From NCBI RefSeq assembly GCF_009914755.1, contig NC_060926.1: DNA of 64,000 nucleotides; one strand, written 5' to 3'. The notes below the pieces were generated by a model. That model was not told the DNA's origin. It did not search any database and worked only from the letters and a program-made list of their open reading frames with translations. The stretch is from the human T2T-CHM13v2.0 reference genome, Homo sapiens. The stretch's first letter is position 1. Each line of letters begins with the position of its first letter. This document shows positions 26,935 to 41,547 of the stretch, in pieces. The position numbers and the translations under genes were made by a program.

Positions 26935-27072
26935 CAATTGTTCTCAACCATGGGCTATTTTGCTCCCCTAAGAACATTTGAAAATGTTCAGAGACATTTT
27001 TATATTTCACAACTAGTGTGGTGCTACTGACAGTGGCTGGAGGTCAGGACACTGCTAAACATTCTACATTGA
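26935..27072 (+). mobile_element. MER20 (hAT-Charlie), partial
   Basis: gttctcaaccatgggctattttgctcccc...gagacatttt...gtgctactg...gaggtcaggacactgctaaacattctaca. Confidence 0.8.
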
Positions 27073-27199
27073 TTTTATTCATGAATATTCTAAATTCATT
27101 TTATTTTGTTTAGAATCATATTTGCAAAAAAATACTATCTGCTCTACTTTAAACTACAAACATCTGTATAGAAAATAGTTACTTGAGATAAATTTTTGC

Positions 27200-27440
27200 A
27201 ATAATTATTAATATTGAGCAACCATATCATTAATACCAGGTGCCAAACACTATGGTAACCATTATAAAATATAAGATTATATAGAAACTTTAATAATATA
27301 TTAGGGGCAATCACTATCAATTTTTTTTAAAGAAGAGTAAATGAAGATTCAAAGGTATTAGGTGAGTTTCCCACATAACATAGGTATTAAGTGGAAGTAT
27401 TAAACCCTTTTTCCATAAATTCTGACTCCAAGATCAATAC
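27200..27440 (-). mobile_element. MIR SINE
   Basis: atattgagc...gtgccaaacact...gagtaaatgaagattcaaagg...tctgactccaag, a diverged antisense MIR. Confidence 0.6.
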
Positions 27441-28179
27441 AAATTTGTTTCTAAGAACAAGAATAAATGAACCAGCATTTATCATATATTTTCCAAAGTA
27501 AAGAATGGCATATATCATATACTTTCTAAACGCTACATGTAGGACAGAAATCATAAAGTAATTTAATATAAATCACACTGGATACTCATTAGCTCATTGC
27601 CCTACAGGAGGAATACAAGCTGTGTCTTATATGTGAGCATGCCAGACTCTCTAGTTATCTACCCATAAAAACAGTTGGAGAGATTATGAAATTTAATAGT
27701 TTAGTGAACTGCCAATGACATTTGCAGAGAAATGGAAGCTACTGTATGAAATTAGTACGTACACATAATTTCAGCTTTTGTTTCATTGTAAATCCTCCAG
27801 TGAATGTTCATCTTGACCCTGGTCATGACCACTGGCATGACTACCTCTAGATTTGGGGATGTTGTCATTAGATTCCTTTTTCTTTAATTAAGTATGCTAT
27901 TAAAATGCACTTTAAAGTATTGGGTTTCTATACATTAACTTTTACAAGTTTTAATAGAACCCATACCCTTTCATCCCAATATTATTGGAATAAATAATCA
28001 CTTTTTCCTCTGGGATTTACAAGGTAAGCATAAAACTATCTGGCTTCCAGAAGCCTAAAAATTAAATGACTTCATCATGTAAATTTGGAAGTGTAACATC
28101 TCGGAATTGCTCAAAATTTTAAAAATTAATGAAATTTTTATGAAATGTTAATACTCTCTCCCCAGGTATTCTTACAACT

Positions 28180-28377
28180 TGTGATTATTTCTTCACATCT
28201 GTATCACCTATCCCCTCACCCAATCTTGTGTTTGTCATAGTTTTTATTACTACTTAATATTAAAGTCTCTCAACATTCGATTATCTGGTAAAGGACAGCA
28301 GAGTGTTGACTCTTTTATTAGATTCTTATAGATAAGCCTGAAATACAAGAATATCTCGATAAATATTTGTTGAAAAA
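28180..28377 (+). mobile_element. L2 3' end
   Basis: Ends gcctgaaatacaagaatatctcgataaatatttgttgaa. Confidence 0.6.
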
Positions 28378-28950
28378 CGTATATAAGAGGAGGCCATACT
28401 CACATTTTCAATTTCTGTATTCAGACACCTCCCATTAACTTCCCACCTCCCAGTTAACAATATCCCTCAGAATAGCTGCTCTGAACTTGATATTTCTCTT
28501 TATTTGTTCCATAGAAGACTTTCTGCAATGGTTAATGTCATTTTCCAGCATACAGTGCTATATAGTAAATATGTAGCCAAATAAATTCTAAATAAATGTA
28601 AAATAACTTAGATGAACGGATTAACTCTATAATATTCTCTCTGTATATAAGATTTTTAAAATATTTTGACAACTTTTATCTCAGAATTTTGTGTATTTTA
28701 TTTTATTTCATTTTTAAAAATTTCTTTCTGAGAAGTGATCTCTAGGCATCATCAAACTGCCAAAGGATACACACACATATAAGTTTGACAACCCCGGATC
28801 TAAGTTTCATACCTAAGAGTGAAACTGCCAGTTCCCTGGATGTAATTATCTTCAATCTTAGTAAATGTGTAAATATTTTCTGAAGTGCTATTACCAATGC
28901 ATTCTCACAAAGGCATGGTGTAAAGTTTGCCCATTGCTCCACATCTTCAG

Positions 28951-29315
28951 TGTCTCAGTCCATTCAGGCTACTATAATAAAATACCATAGACTGTGTAGC
29001 TTATGAGCAACAGAAATTTCTCACAGTTCTGGAGTCTGGAAAGTCCAAGATCAATAGGCCTGCAGACATGGTATCCGGTGAAGGCACATCCTGGTTTGTA
29101 GATAGTGTCTCCTTACTGTGTTCTCACATGGTGGAAAAGGCAAAAACCCTCCTTTGGATTTACTTCATAAGAGTATTAATTCCATTCATGAGAGTTCTTT
29201 CCCCACGACCTAATGACCTCCCAAAAGGCCCCACCTCCAAATACCATCCCTTGGAAGTTATGATTTCAACACATAAATTTAGGGGTTTATAGACACAAAC
29301 ATTGAGACCATAGTA
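28951..29315 (-). mobile_element. MLT1A0 solo LTR within an old L1M
   Basis: tgtctcagtccattcaggctactataataaaataccatagactg...cacaaacattgagaccatagta. Confidence 0.88.
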
Positions 29316-30310
29316 TTTTGTATCCCCTCGTATTTTCAGACTTTCAAAATTTGTCCTATCTGGTGGATATATGCCTTAATTTGATTTTTTTTATTTTAAT
29401 GAAGCTTTAAACGTTTGCAAATTTACATTTGCTAATTGAATTTACATTTTATAAAGTGTTGTTTAAATGTTTCACTCATTTTATTTCATTGCTTTTATAT
29501 TTATCTCTAAGCTTTTAAGATAGTAGCATTCTGTTATTAATTTGCATGTCAAACACTACAGTAAAATCTATACATTGCCGATACTACCTACTATTTTAAG
29601 ACTTTTAAAAAATTCTACTATATGGCTTGACTTAGGTTAAATATCACATTATTAATATACATTTTTAATTTTTTTATTTTTCCAGTGTTTTCCTTATTTA
29701 CCAACATTTCCGATAAATATTTAGTTTATTAATCTTCAGATATTTCTCTTTTTAAATAAAGCCAGAAATTTTCTGTTCAATACTTCCTTAGATGGACATT
29801 TAATTATCCTTTGGTTCTAAATTTTGTTTTTATTATTGTATTGTAATCCAAAACAGTGTTTTCTTTCTTAATTTCCAAACGTATGGGGGTATTCTGCTTT
29901 ATTTCTGATTTCCAAATAATTCTTGTAAGGCAACATGATATTTAAACCTTTGCATATGTTCAGTTTTGTGATCCATGTGTGTGTGAAAAATGTACATTCT
30001 ACAATTGTTAAGTGTATTCTTCTATGAATGTTCATTTAATGTTCAAATTTCCCTATATATTTGATTGTTTCTGTTTTTCTCTCTCTCGTTTCTCGTTTTC
30101 TAATCATTTTTTGTCAACTATAAAAATAGACAAAATGGATATATCTAATTCTAATAGTTTTTAATCTTTGTTGTATACTCAAGCTATAGTCTAGATGCAT
30201 AAAGCTGTATCATTCTGGGAAAGTAATATTTAAAAATTATTGAATAAATATATTTAATTCTTAATAACCCAGCTCTCTTTGGTTATCATTTGCATGCTCT
30301 ATATTTGTAT

Positions 30311-32780
30311 TGATGGCAGCTGGCAGGCCACGCAGAATGGTAACTGCCATCTCATTGGCTGCAGTGGGGAGGTGTAAGTGGTGACATCAGGAGCAGCTGC
30401 AGGAGCGGCAGTGGTGGCAGTGGGACCCCTGTGCCCCACAGCTCCTGTGCACCACATCCCCAAGGCAACCAACTGCACCGCCACGATCCTCATGCAGCCA
30501 GGCAGAACCTGCCCCGGAAGCCTGGAGCTTCCACCACTGCAGACCCTGGCCCCACACAGTTGCTCTCTCCTGCCATGTGGGGAAGAGGTAGACAGTCCCC
30601 ACAGTCTGCCCCTGGGAGCCCCCGGGAGCCCGCTGCTGTGGGAGCTGCTGCATTGGAACCTGGCCGAGTTGCCCACCAGCAGAGGAGAAGCATGGTAGGC
30701 ATGGAGGGACATATAGAAAGGGGCCCTGAGGTGGAGCTGGGCCTGGGGCAGTGCTGCACTTGCACATGGAGTGTGGGTGCTGGACCCAGGGTATGAAGCT
30801 GGGGCTGTGATTCTGGGTCCTGGGGTAGGAAGTGGAAGCAGTACCCACTTTGGGGACCTGGCTAGCAGCGAGGCCACCATGTGCCCACTCTGCTGATGTC
30901 ATTTGGTTCCTGGGCCTCAGGAGGAGCCTCCACAAGAGGCCGACTTAGGCTGCATCCCCAGGGTTTGTTCCGCATTGTGGCGACCACTGGGCCTGACACT
31001 CCCAATGACTGGGCCCAGGGCCACGGTCTGCTCCTGGAGAAGCCCCACCATCGTCAGGGCCTTGAACAAAGTGAAGGGGAGCCCTGGGCCATCCCTGAGC
31101 ACCAGGGTCACATGATGAACTTGTGGTGACATCACCCTGCCCCAGACACCAGCCCAGGCCCAGTGAGGACCTGGAGCCTTGCCCCAGGCTGTGAGGAGGC
31201 AAGGCCAGGGCTGCCTGCACACTCCACAGAGATGGTGGGACCCCCGCCTACAAAGGTGCAGGCCCCAGGCATCTCTGCACTCTGCACCCTTAGGGATCTA
31301 GGACAGTCCCCCATACCCCCTGCAGGCTCAGGGGTGTCTGCTACCACTGCCTGGCCTCTACCCACTCCCAGTGCCCACTGTGATCTTGCAGAAGGGTTAG
31401 GGGTGAGCGTGGGTGCTCTCACAGACCAGCCGGGTGTGCACACATTTGGGGCAGCACTGACATACAAGCCCCCTGTGGCCTCAGGCCCCTCCGGGCTTTG
31501 GCCATCAACAAGCACAGTGGGGAGGCCTAGAGGGGAGCTGAGAGCAGCTCAGCACTGGCCTACAGGTGCCTCTTGGCATGAACAGCCTGGGTGGATGGAT
31601 GGACATCAGCAAGAGGCAGACAGGCTCTTGGGAAGAAGGGGGCAGGTCCCTGGTGAAGCCCCACCTGCACGCCAGGGAGGGCCTGAGGGCTGGGGGTTGG
31701 GCTACCAGAACCACAGATGAGAGTGGGAACTTGTGGTGCCTTTTCTGGGCTGTCCATGGGTGCTCATGTACCAACTGGAGCATACCTCCTCCCCTCTGAG
31801 ACCCATAAAATCCTTGGACTCAGCTAGAGGAGAGCCAACTACTGGAGGACCAGCTGCAGAGTGAAGCTACCCCCTCTGCTTATAGCTGGAGAGATGGGAT
31901 GACTAGCTGCAGAGAGGAGCTACCCTCTCTGATGAGAGATGCAAAGACAATGGGATGACCTGCCTGAAGAGAAGAGTTTTCCACTCTAGGGAGATGAACA
32001 CTCAATGGGACCACCTGCCTGCAGAGAGGAGCTTACCACTCCAGGGTTTCCTCTCTGCTAGGAGATGAACATTTGTCCAGAAAACCTGGCTGCAGAAAGG
32101 TTCTACCCACTGCGGGTGTCTTCTGAGCTGTTCCATCACTCAATAAAGCTCTTTTCAGTCTTGTTCATCCTCCATTTGTCTATGTACCTCATTCTTCCTA
32201 GTGGCAGGACAAGAACTCGAGACCTGCCAAATGGTGAGGCTAAAAGAGCTGTAACACAAACAGGGCTGAAACATGTCCCTTACTCACCATGTTGCAGGTT
32301 CAGAGAAGGAAAGAAAAGCTGAGGTCCTTCAAGGAGCCGATACCTTGGAGCTGCCCAAACCAGAGCTGTGACTCCCTCTTTGGGGCCCTGAGGTTCCTGG
32401 CATCTACAAGCTTCCAGGAGCAACCACATTACCTGGTGCTAGCCAGGGAAGCTGTGTGTGGTGTGCCTGGTCCAGCTGCAGCCTTGAAGAGAGCCAGCAC
32501 CCATGCTGACACCTGGAGCTGCCCACCCCAAGGCAGCAGCTGGCATGTCTGACTGCACAGTGGCCAGACACCATGCTCTCTCACACACTTCTCACTACTC
32601 CATGCCTGACTCACAGTCTCCCTTGGAGGCATGGAATCCAGGCCGGTAGCATGAGCCAAGCACAACCTGCCAGGCCAAGTGGGAAGAACAAGCCCAGCAG
32701 ACCTGAGCAAAACTCAGGCAAAGGTGCCACCAGCTACAGGTTTCCAACTAGAACAGCAACATTCCAAAGATCCCGTAAGA
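30311..32780 (+). mobile_element. MER52D-type ERV1 solo LTR (2470 bp, GC-rich)
   Basis: Starts tgatggcagc, ends gatcccgtaaga; 4-bp TSD GTAT at 30307-30310 and 32781-32784; internal agctgcagagaggagctacc repeats; poly(A) signal cactcaataaagctc. Confidence 0.9.
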
Positions 32781-33441
32781 GTATCACCATTTAGATTCAT
32801 GCTTTTTTTATTATTTGAATTTAGTTTCAGATTTATCTTTATAAATAATCTGGCCTCTTAAAAAATAAATCCATTCCAAAATTGTACTCTTTTTCTAATA
32901 GAGCATTTGGTTCATATAATATTCATATAAATACTGACATATTCCATTTAAATACATTTTGTTTGTGCATTATAATTTTTCTGCTTTACCCACGTTTATT
33001 TTTTCTTTAGTCTTCCTTGTTTGGTTCATTTATTCTCATTAATTTTATTGCCACTACACTAATGTGAAAGTTATATATGTGCCCATTCTTCCATTTGCTA
33101 CCCTCAAAGTTAAATCATGAAGTTATATCAACATATAAGTTGAATTTTAAAAACCCCATTTTTTACAGTTAATACATTTAAAACACTTTATGCCATATAT
33201 ATACTTTGCAACTTATATGTTTTCTTGTCATGACTATTAATTCTATGCCATTTTAAAGAAACCTCGTAAGGTGTTATTATTATTTACCTAAGTTATTTAT
33301 CATACTTTGGCTCCATATAAATTTTCTAATTCTCTGAGTGTTCATTCTCCTTCTGCTTGAGGTATATAGCCTTTAGAATTTCACTTACAATTTCACTTAC
33401 AACAGCCTTTAAAATTTCACTTTAGAATTTGCTGGTAATTA

Positions 33442-33442
<1 letters not shown>

Positions 33443-33476
<34 letters not shown>
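33443..33476 (+). repeat. (TG)17 microsatellite
   Basis: 17 perfect TG units counted. Confidence 0.97.
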
Positions 33477-33483
<7 letters not shown>

Positions 33484-36092
33484 TTTTAAAAATATGCTTA
33501 TTATTTCTCATTTGTGGAATTCATTTTTATTAATATTTGAATTTTAGGTTGGTGATTATTTTTTTCTCTCCAATGGAAAAATAATTTAACTGTATTCAGG
33601 TTTCTATTAAACTGTGATGAAATCTTCAATCTTATTGCTATTCCTTTTTAGGCACTCCATCTTTTGCCTTGGGCTACCTTTATAATCACTGCTTATTTCT
33701 TTTCTTTTCTTTTGTTGTTTTAATTTTATGAGGATGCACTATCAGTGTAAAATTACGTTTATTTAATCTGCTTCAATTCCATTGTGAATTTGAATCTGCA
33801 GCTTGTGTCTTTCCTCAATTCTGGAAAATTGTTTGCCATTATTTTTTTGAATATTGCCTCTGTTTTTATCTTTCTTTCCTCTCTAATATTCTAAATAAAT
33901 ATATCTTAGTCCTTTTCATACTATCCTCTAAATCTTTAAACCTCTGTTTCCTTTGTTAAATATTTTTTTTTTTTGTCTTTGAGCTGTATTCTGGATAATT
34001 TCTTCTGGTCCATCTTCCAGTTCAGTTACTCTCTCTTAGTTGCATCACACTGGTTGTCAAAGTGACCTTTGAACTCCTGATTTTGTATATTCTATTTTTT
34101 TCTTATATCTGTAATATCCTGCTATATAATTTCTTTTTCTCTATATTGTAAAATTATGTTTCTTCAAAAATATCAAATTTTACTGTCTTATACATCCACT
34201 AATTTCTATATCTGATGTGTTTCATATATGCTATATTGTGAACCAAATTGTCTTCAATGAGTGATGCCTGTATTAACTATATTGATTCCTTATGATCTGA
34301 AAAACAGGTATTTTGGAGACGATTGTCTTTGCTTCTGCAGGGTATCAAAGTTTCTGGTAGTCAGAGACAAGGCTAAATAACATTTGTATCATCAAATCAA
34401 CTAGCTACAAAAAATAAGCCAAACAAAAACAACAACAACATAAGAGAGCTGACTTATAGCAACCAAGATTCCTCAGACAGATTTTTTTTTCCTTTTCTTT
34501 TTTCTCTATTCCACTCCTACAGTCTCCTGGAAGTGAGGGTTATCATGGAAAAAAAGTGTTTTCTTTTTAATTTTATTCCTAATTCTGTAATCTTTTGGGT
34601 TTGCAGCTTTTTAAATATGAGTTTCCTATAATGAGGAGATCCTGAACCTTGACTTTTGTGTCATCAGCAATTCAAAGCCTCAGTATGTTCTTGATTGAAA
34701 ATTCCTTCACAGCCAAAGATATTTGGGAGATATTTTTCCTGTCTTTCTAGATTCTCATGTTTTCCCAAATTTGGTGGGCAATTTTTGGCTCTCTACCCTG
34801 CTCCTCAACACTTTTAAGAAATTGGAAAAATTAATTATAAGATTTTCTTTTTACTGATTATAACCAGATATTTGTTCTGAGTAAATAAACCAGCATTCCT
34901 ACAAACAAGTATCTTATGGAGGCATTATTTGTAATACATGCACCAAATATTGGGAATAAAATAAGCAGAGGTAATTAGGTAAATAATTTGGTAGCAAACT
35001 ATACTCCTTCTGGTAGATTTAAACTTCCTAAACCCTTGGCCACAAATTTGGCCAACAAGCATTAATGCCTTATTAGTAACCCCATTTAAATAGAACCTAA
35101 AAAATTAAAGAGTTAAGGTTTAATGACTAGATAGGTGTTTTGAGTAATGTACTCATTATAAATTAGACATATTGAAAATGTAAATAGTAAAAGTATTTCA
35201 GGGACTTTGTTATTCAGATCAAATATAGTATAAAATAATAATAAACTAGAAGTCCAAACCTAACCATTATACCATATATTCATGTAACAAAACTTCACAT
35301 GTACCCTTTCAACCTGTTAAAAAAAAATAAGATAACAGACACCAAAGATAGCTATTGTTTCTTCAAAAATCAAGACTGATATACTCTATAATAAACCAAA
35401 GTTAGTAAACCATAACAGGCTAGTTTTAGAATTCTAAAAAAAAAATAATGTAACTTAAAATTATAGTCTCTACTCACAGTTGTGACTACATGCACACACA
35501 CACACACACGTATGCATATCCCTACTTATTTGACAAAAGTTAATCATTCATATTCTTTCCAATCATTATTTTAAGCCCTCAAATTTGAGATTTAGACATA
35601 ATACTCTTATTTTAAAAAAAAGCATTGAAGAGAGAAATTGAAACAAAAGATACAATAATAGCAATGATAGATAAACCAAAAGTAAATTTTGGGTGAATCA
35701 TACTTAGTGCTGTGTTATTCCTAAAGAGAGCTGAAAAAACTGATAGAGGCACGAGAGACCACACCCTTCCCAACTACTACTTGGTAGGTGTATTTTCTTG
35801 GTGGAAATATTGGGGGAAGGAGAACCACGAAGAGAACTAAACTTGTTTCTGTATTGAAGGCTTAATGCATATAAATTATTTTATAATACATCTAGGTAAA
35901 AAGTAATAGCATGTACAAAGGCAACATGCGTTTTAGAGCCTAGAGAGCTTTTCCCTTTTTCGAAAAAGCCAATAGGATTTTTTGGAGACAACTTTCTTGA
36001 CCTAAACACAGATCATTTTACTGTTTATAGTTAAATATTTAAAGGCCTATTCATGGTGTGCAGTTGTGACTAATTAAAATATGAGATAATAC

Positions 36093-37452
<1,360 letters not shown>

Positions 37453-38397
37453 AAAATATGAGATAATACATGACTCTCATAATTGAAATGGAATAGTATA
37501 TCATTTTTTATTTAGTTCTAATGTATACCAGGCATTATATGAATCTGACAATTTTAGGAATAAAAATAAATTACATCCCGCATTTAAAAGGATGTGCGAG
37601 CATGCTTAGGTTATACTAGTGGAATTTACCTTAACTCATCAACCTCTTATGCTTTTCCTCTATCAATTATTAAAAGAATGGGTGATTATTTAAAAAACTG
37701 CAACTAGAAGAGTATAAAGAAGAAGACTGAAATCATTTTGACTCCTTAATCTCATAGCTATTATAAATAAACATATATTTATTTCTAGAATGGATGTATC
37801 TATCAGTCCTCTGCAGAATGGTTTAAATCTCATATGTAAATGGGAGTACAATGAAACTTTCCAATCCTGTAGTTATCTTTTTATTGGCTCTCTCAAATTA
37901 AAAACATTGTTCTTAATTTGTTCTTTTAACAAATACCAGTTGAATTTCTAGTATGCGACAGAACTGGGAATACAGAAAAAAGCTCAACGGGCAAAAACAT
38001 TTACCTTCACAGAGATTATACTTTAATGGTGGGAGGGGCCCAGGGAAGGGAAAATACATGGGCTTTTATTGCGTGGCTGTGATTGTGAGTGCCTCCTTAA
38101 GTTGTGTGCCTGAGGTCACTTACTCATCTTACCTAAGCCAAGCCTTGAATAGAACAAAACTTCTGTGACTTTGTGTTAGACTAAAATTTCTATGATGTAA
38201 CTACAAAAATCCACAAAATGACATATTGGTAAATTGGATTTCAAATTAAAATATTTTCCCCTTTAAATCAGACTGTAAGAGAATTAAAACCCACAGATTG
38301 GTTGAAAATATTTGCAAGTTATGTTATATCTCATAACAGCATTTGAAGAACTGTCAAAACCCAATAAGGAAACAACCCTATTAAAAATGGTACACTT

Positions 38398-38775
<378 letters not shown>

Positions 38776-38954
38776 TCAATATTATTATTCATTAAGAAAA
38801 TATAAAGTTAAATCACAAAAAAATACTAGTGCATGTGATAAGAATAATTAAAATTAAAAGAATTTATAATGTCAATTGTTTCTCCAATACAATATTGGAG
38901 AAGTTGTAAAATAGGACATCCAATTTATATATGGTTACATGTGATTTTCCCTGG

Positions 38955-39185
38955 GTATCTGTATTTAGTGCTTAACAAACTTCCATAAAACAGTAATTTA
39001 TAACAACTGTTTTCCCCCCAACAATTTAGCAGTTTGAGATAGGTGGTTTTGGTTTAGGCCAGCTAGGAGGTGAGTGATCTTGAATGACATTGTTCATATG
39101 CCTAGTGTCTGGCATACTGGATGATCTAGAAGGCCTGAGATGGATTATGTTATTTCTCCTCCTTATGGTTGTTATCCAATGGCTT
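38955..39185 (-). mobile_element. Old MLT1 LTR fragment
   Basis: taacaaacttccataaaacagtaatttataacaac...ggatgatctagaaggcct; weak similarity. Confidence 0.45.
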
Positions 39186-40404
39186 TAAATATCATCTTTT
39201 TTAAAGTCAGATTTTATCATTGTTATGAGCTATATGTATTCTTAGTCCAACACAAACTTCTGTGGCATCCGAAAAACAGAAACTACAATCTCAAACATTT
39301 AACTACTGAAGTTTAGTATACAGATACTGGCATTTCTCTCTGTATCTTCCAGGTATTTTAAATTTTCTTTTCTATTTCCCATTTTTTATCATGTTTTTCT
39401 GTGAAGAAAAGTGTTAATCAGATTATTCAGCTCAATAATTACTTTTTCAATTTTGTTCCATTTTTAAATTTTTTTAACTTAAAATATATTTTTTTACATT
39501 TAGTGTTTCCATATGATTTTTCACATTGCAAATACTAATATCAAGCCCTCAATAGCTTTATTTTGTCTATTATAAATCTATTCAGCTTGTCATCTTTAAC
39601 AGCAATTGTACTCCTCAATTATCTAATTATTTTTCCATTAGTGTATTTCCCTTGATAACATCAGCCACTTTGGCAGTTATTAAATAATACGTACCTGGGG
39701 AGAGAGGTAGATGTCCTGCTCCTCCTTACGCTCTTCTGTGAATGTAAGATGGTTTGTGCCCTAAAGCAGATAGTCTCAGTGCCACAGCCTGGGACTGGCC
39801 ACTTCCATTTGCTGCATACCACATCCTTCCATGGCCTGAGTCTGGGCACTGATTTTTTTTTTTTCCCTGTGTCATCATCTGGGACTGGTACTGGATAGGA
39901 GTTTCTCATCCATAGGCACTAATATTTCATTAATATGTCTATTTCCCAATTTTGACACCTGGATCAAATTCTCCACACTGCACTGCCATTTCCCTCCCAC
40001 AGCAAGTCAAAGCTGCCTTTCTTTCTCTCCATGGGTGACTTTCTCTTTAAAAATCATGACTAATGTATCATATTTTTCCATGGCTTTCGTGGTGCTACTA
40101 TTGATAGACTTGTAACAAAAGTCTGCTAGCAGACCTAGTTCTAATTTTTTACCTGTCATTTGCTGAAAATGTACATCATCAATAGGCTATACTTTTAAAA
40201 AACTTTTTTACTAAATTTTTAACTTAATATTGTCTTATTTTAAACTTTTATATTAAGTTCAGGGGTACAAGTGCATATAGACTATACTTAAATGGTATGA
40301 TGATCTTGATTTCTTACTATAATCACAAAATAAGTAATATAATAATAAATACAACACTGGCACTATGTTAAAAATATATTCGATTTTCTATTTTACTAAT
40401 TAAC

Positions 40405-40560
40405 CCTGATTTTCAAACTTCAGTATGCATTATTATTACTCAGAAACTTGTCTAAAACACAGGCTGCTAAGCCTTAACAATAAAATTTCTGATTCTGTAC
40501 ATCTGGGGTGGTGCCAGGGAATTTGCATTTCTAACAATTTCCCAGGTGATAATGATGGGA
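40405..40560. mobile_element. MER5A (hAT-Charlie)
   Basis: tttctgattctgtacatctggggtggtgccagggaatttgcatttctaacaatttcccaggtgat. Confidence 0.8.
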
Positions 40561-40743
40561 ATTTTTCATTGCTATAAAATTATTAGGTTTGACTTTGGAC
40601 ACTTGCATTAGCACAGTAGAAAGGTAGCTTTATCTAAGGTCAAGGTTTACATATTGTCAATCAGGTAACTTCCAAAAGTTTTGTTTATCCTTTTAGTATT
40701 CCCTGGAAAATTTCAAATTGTTTGCATTATAGCCAGTATTATA

Positions 40744-41365
40744 CTAGTTCCCCCTTATCCGTAGTTTTGTTTTCCATGGTTTCAGTTACCTGCAGTCAAT
40801 TACATCTGAAAATAGATGAGTACAGCGCAGGAATATATTTTGAGAAAGAGAGTCCTAATTCACATAACTTATTACAGTGTATTGTTATAATTGTTTTATT
40901 TTATTATTATTACTATTTTTTGTTTGTTTGAGACAGAGTCTCTCTCTGTTGCCCAAGCTGGAGTGCAGTGGCATGATCTTGCCTCACTGCAGCCTCCGCC
41001 TCCCGCGTTCAAGCAATTCAACTGGCGTGCACTGCCACGCCCAGCTAATTTTTGTATTTTTTTTAGTAGAGACGGGGTTTCACCATGTTGGCCAGGATGG
41101 TCTTGATCTCCTGACCCTGTGATCCACCCACCTTGGCCTCCCAAAGGGCTGGGATTACAGGCATGAGCCTCCGCGCCTGGCCAACTGTTCTAATTTATTA
41201 TTAGTTATTATTGTTAATCCCCAACTGTGCCTAATTTATAAATTATACTTTATTACATATGTATGTATGGGAAAGAAACAGTATATATATGGTTTGGTAT
41301 CAATGGTTTCAGACATTTACTAGGGTTCTTGGAACATATTCCTCAGAGATAGGGAAGGACTACTG
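40744..41365 (+). mobile_element. MER44A-type Tigger MITE interrupted by an Alu
   Basis: TIRs ctagttcccccttatcc / gatagggaaggactactg flanked by TA on both sides. Confidence 0.85.
40910..41182 (-). mobile_element. AluS (Sc-like) with about 30-bp internal deletion
   Basis: gagacagagtctc...ccgcgcctggcc; degenerate TSD aattgttttattttattatta / aactgttctaatttattatta. Confidence 0.92.
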
Positions 41366-41547
41366 TATCTGTATGCAAAAATGTGTACACAGATACTGTA
41401 CTTACAAATTTGATTGGTGATCATTCTGGATTTTTTTTATTCCTCTCAATTGGTCTTTTCTTCCCCCTTTTCCACGCTACTCTTTTTTCAAGAGGCTGAT
41501 ATATACAAATACATATACTATTTCAGTGAGTTCTCTTTCTCTCTCTC

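Larger units (their letters stand above)
29800..34200 (-). mobile_element. Ancient L1M (ORF2/ORF1 region) split by MER52D
   Basis: Antisense L1M motifs on both sides of the LTR (aaatgtacattctacaattgtt; tcaattctggaaaatt...ttgaatattgcctctg; tctggataatttcttc). Confidence 0.55.

Noticed and set aside
30299-32861. Dense cluster of overlapping ORFs up to 193 aa; possible gene or CpG island
   Set aside because: Lies almost entirely within a TSD-bounded MER52 LTR; high GC suppresses stops; no recognisable domain; CpGs are depleted.
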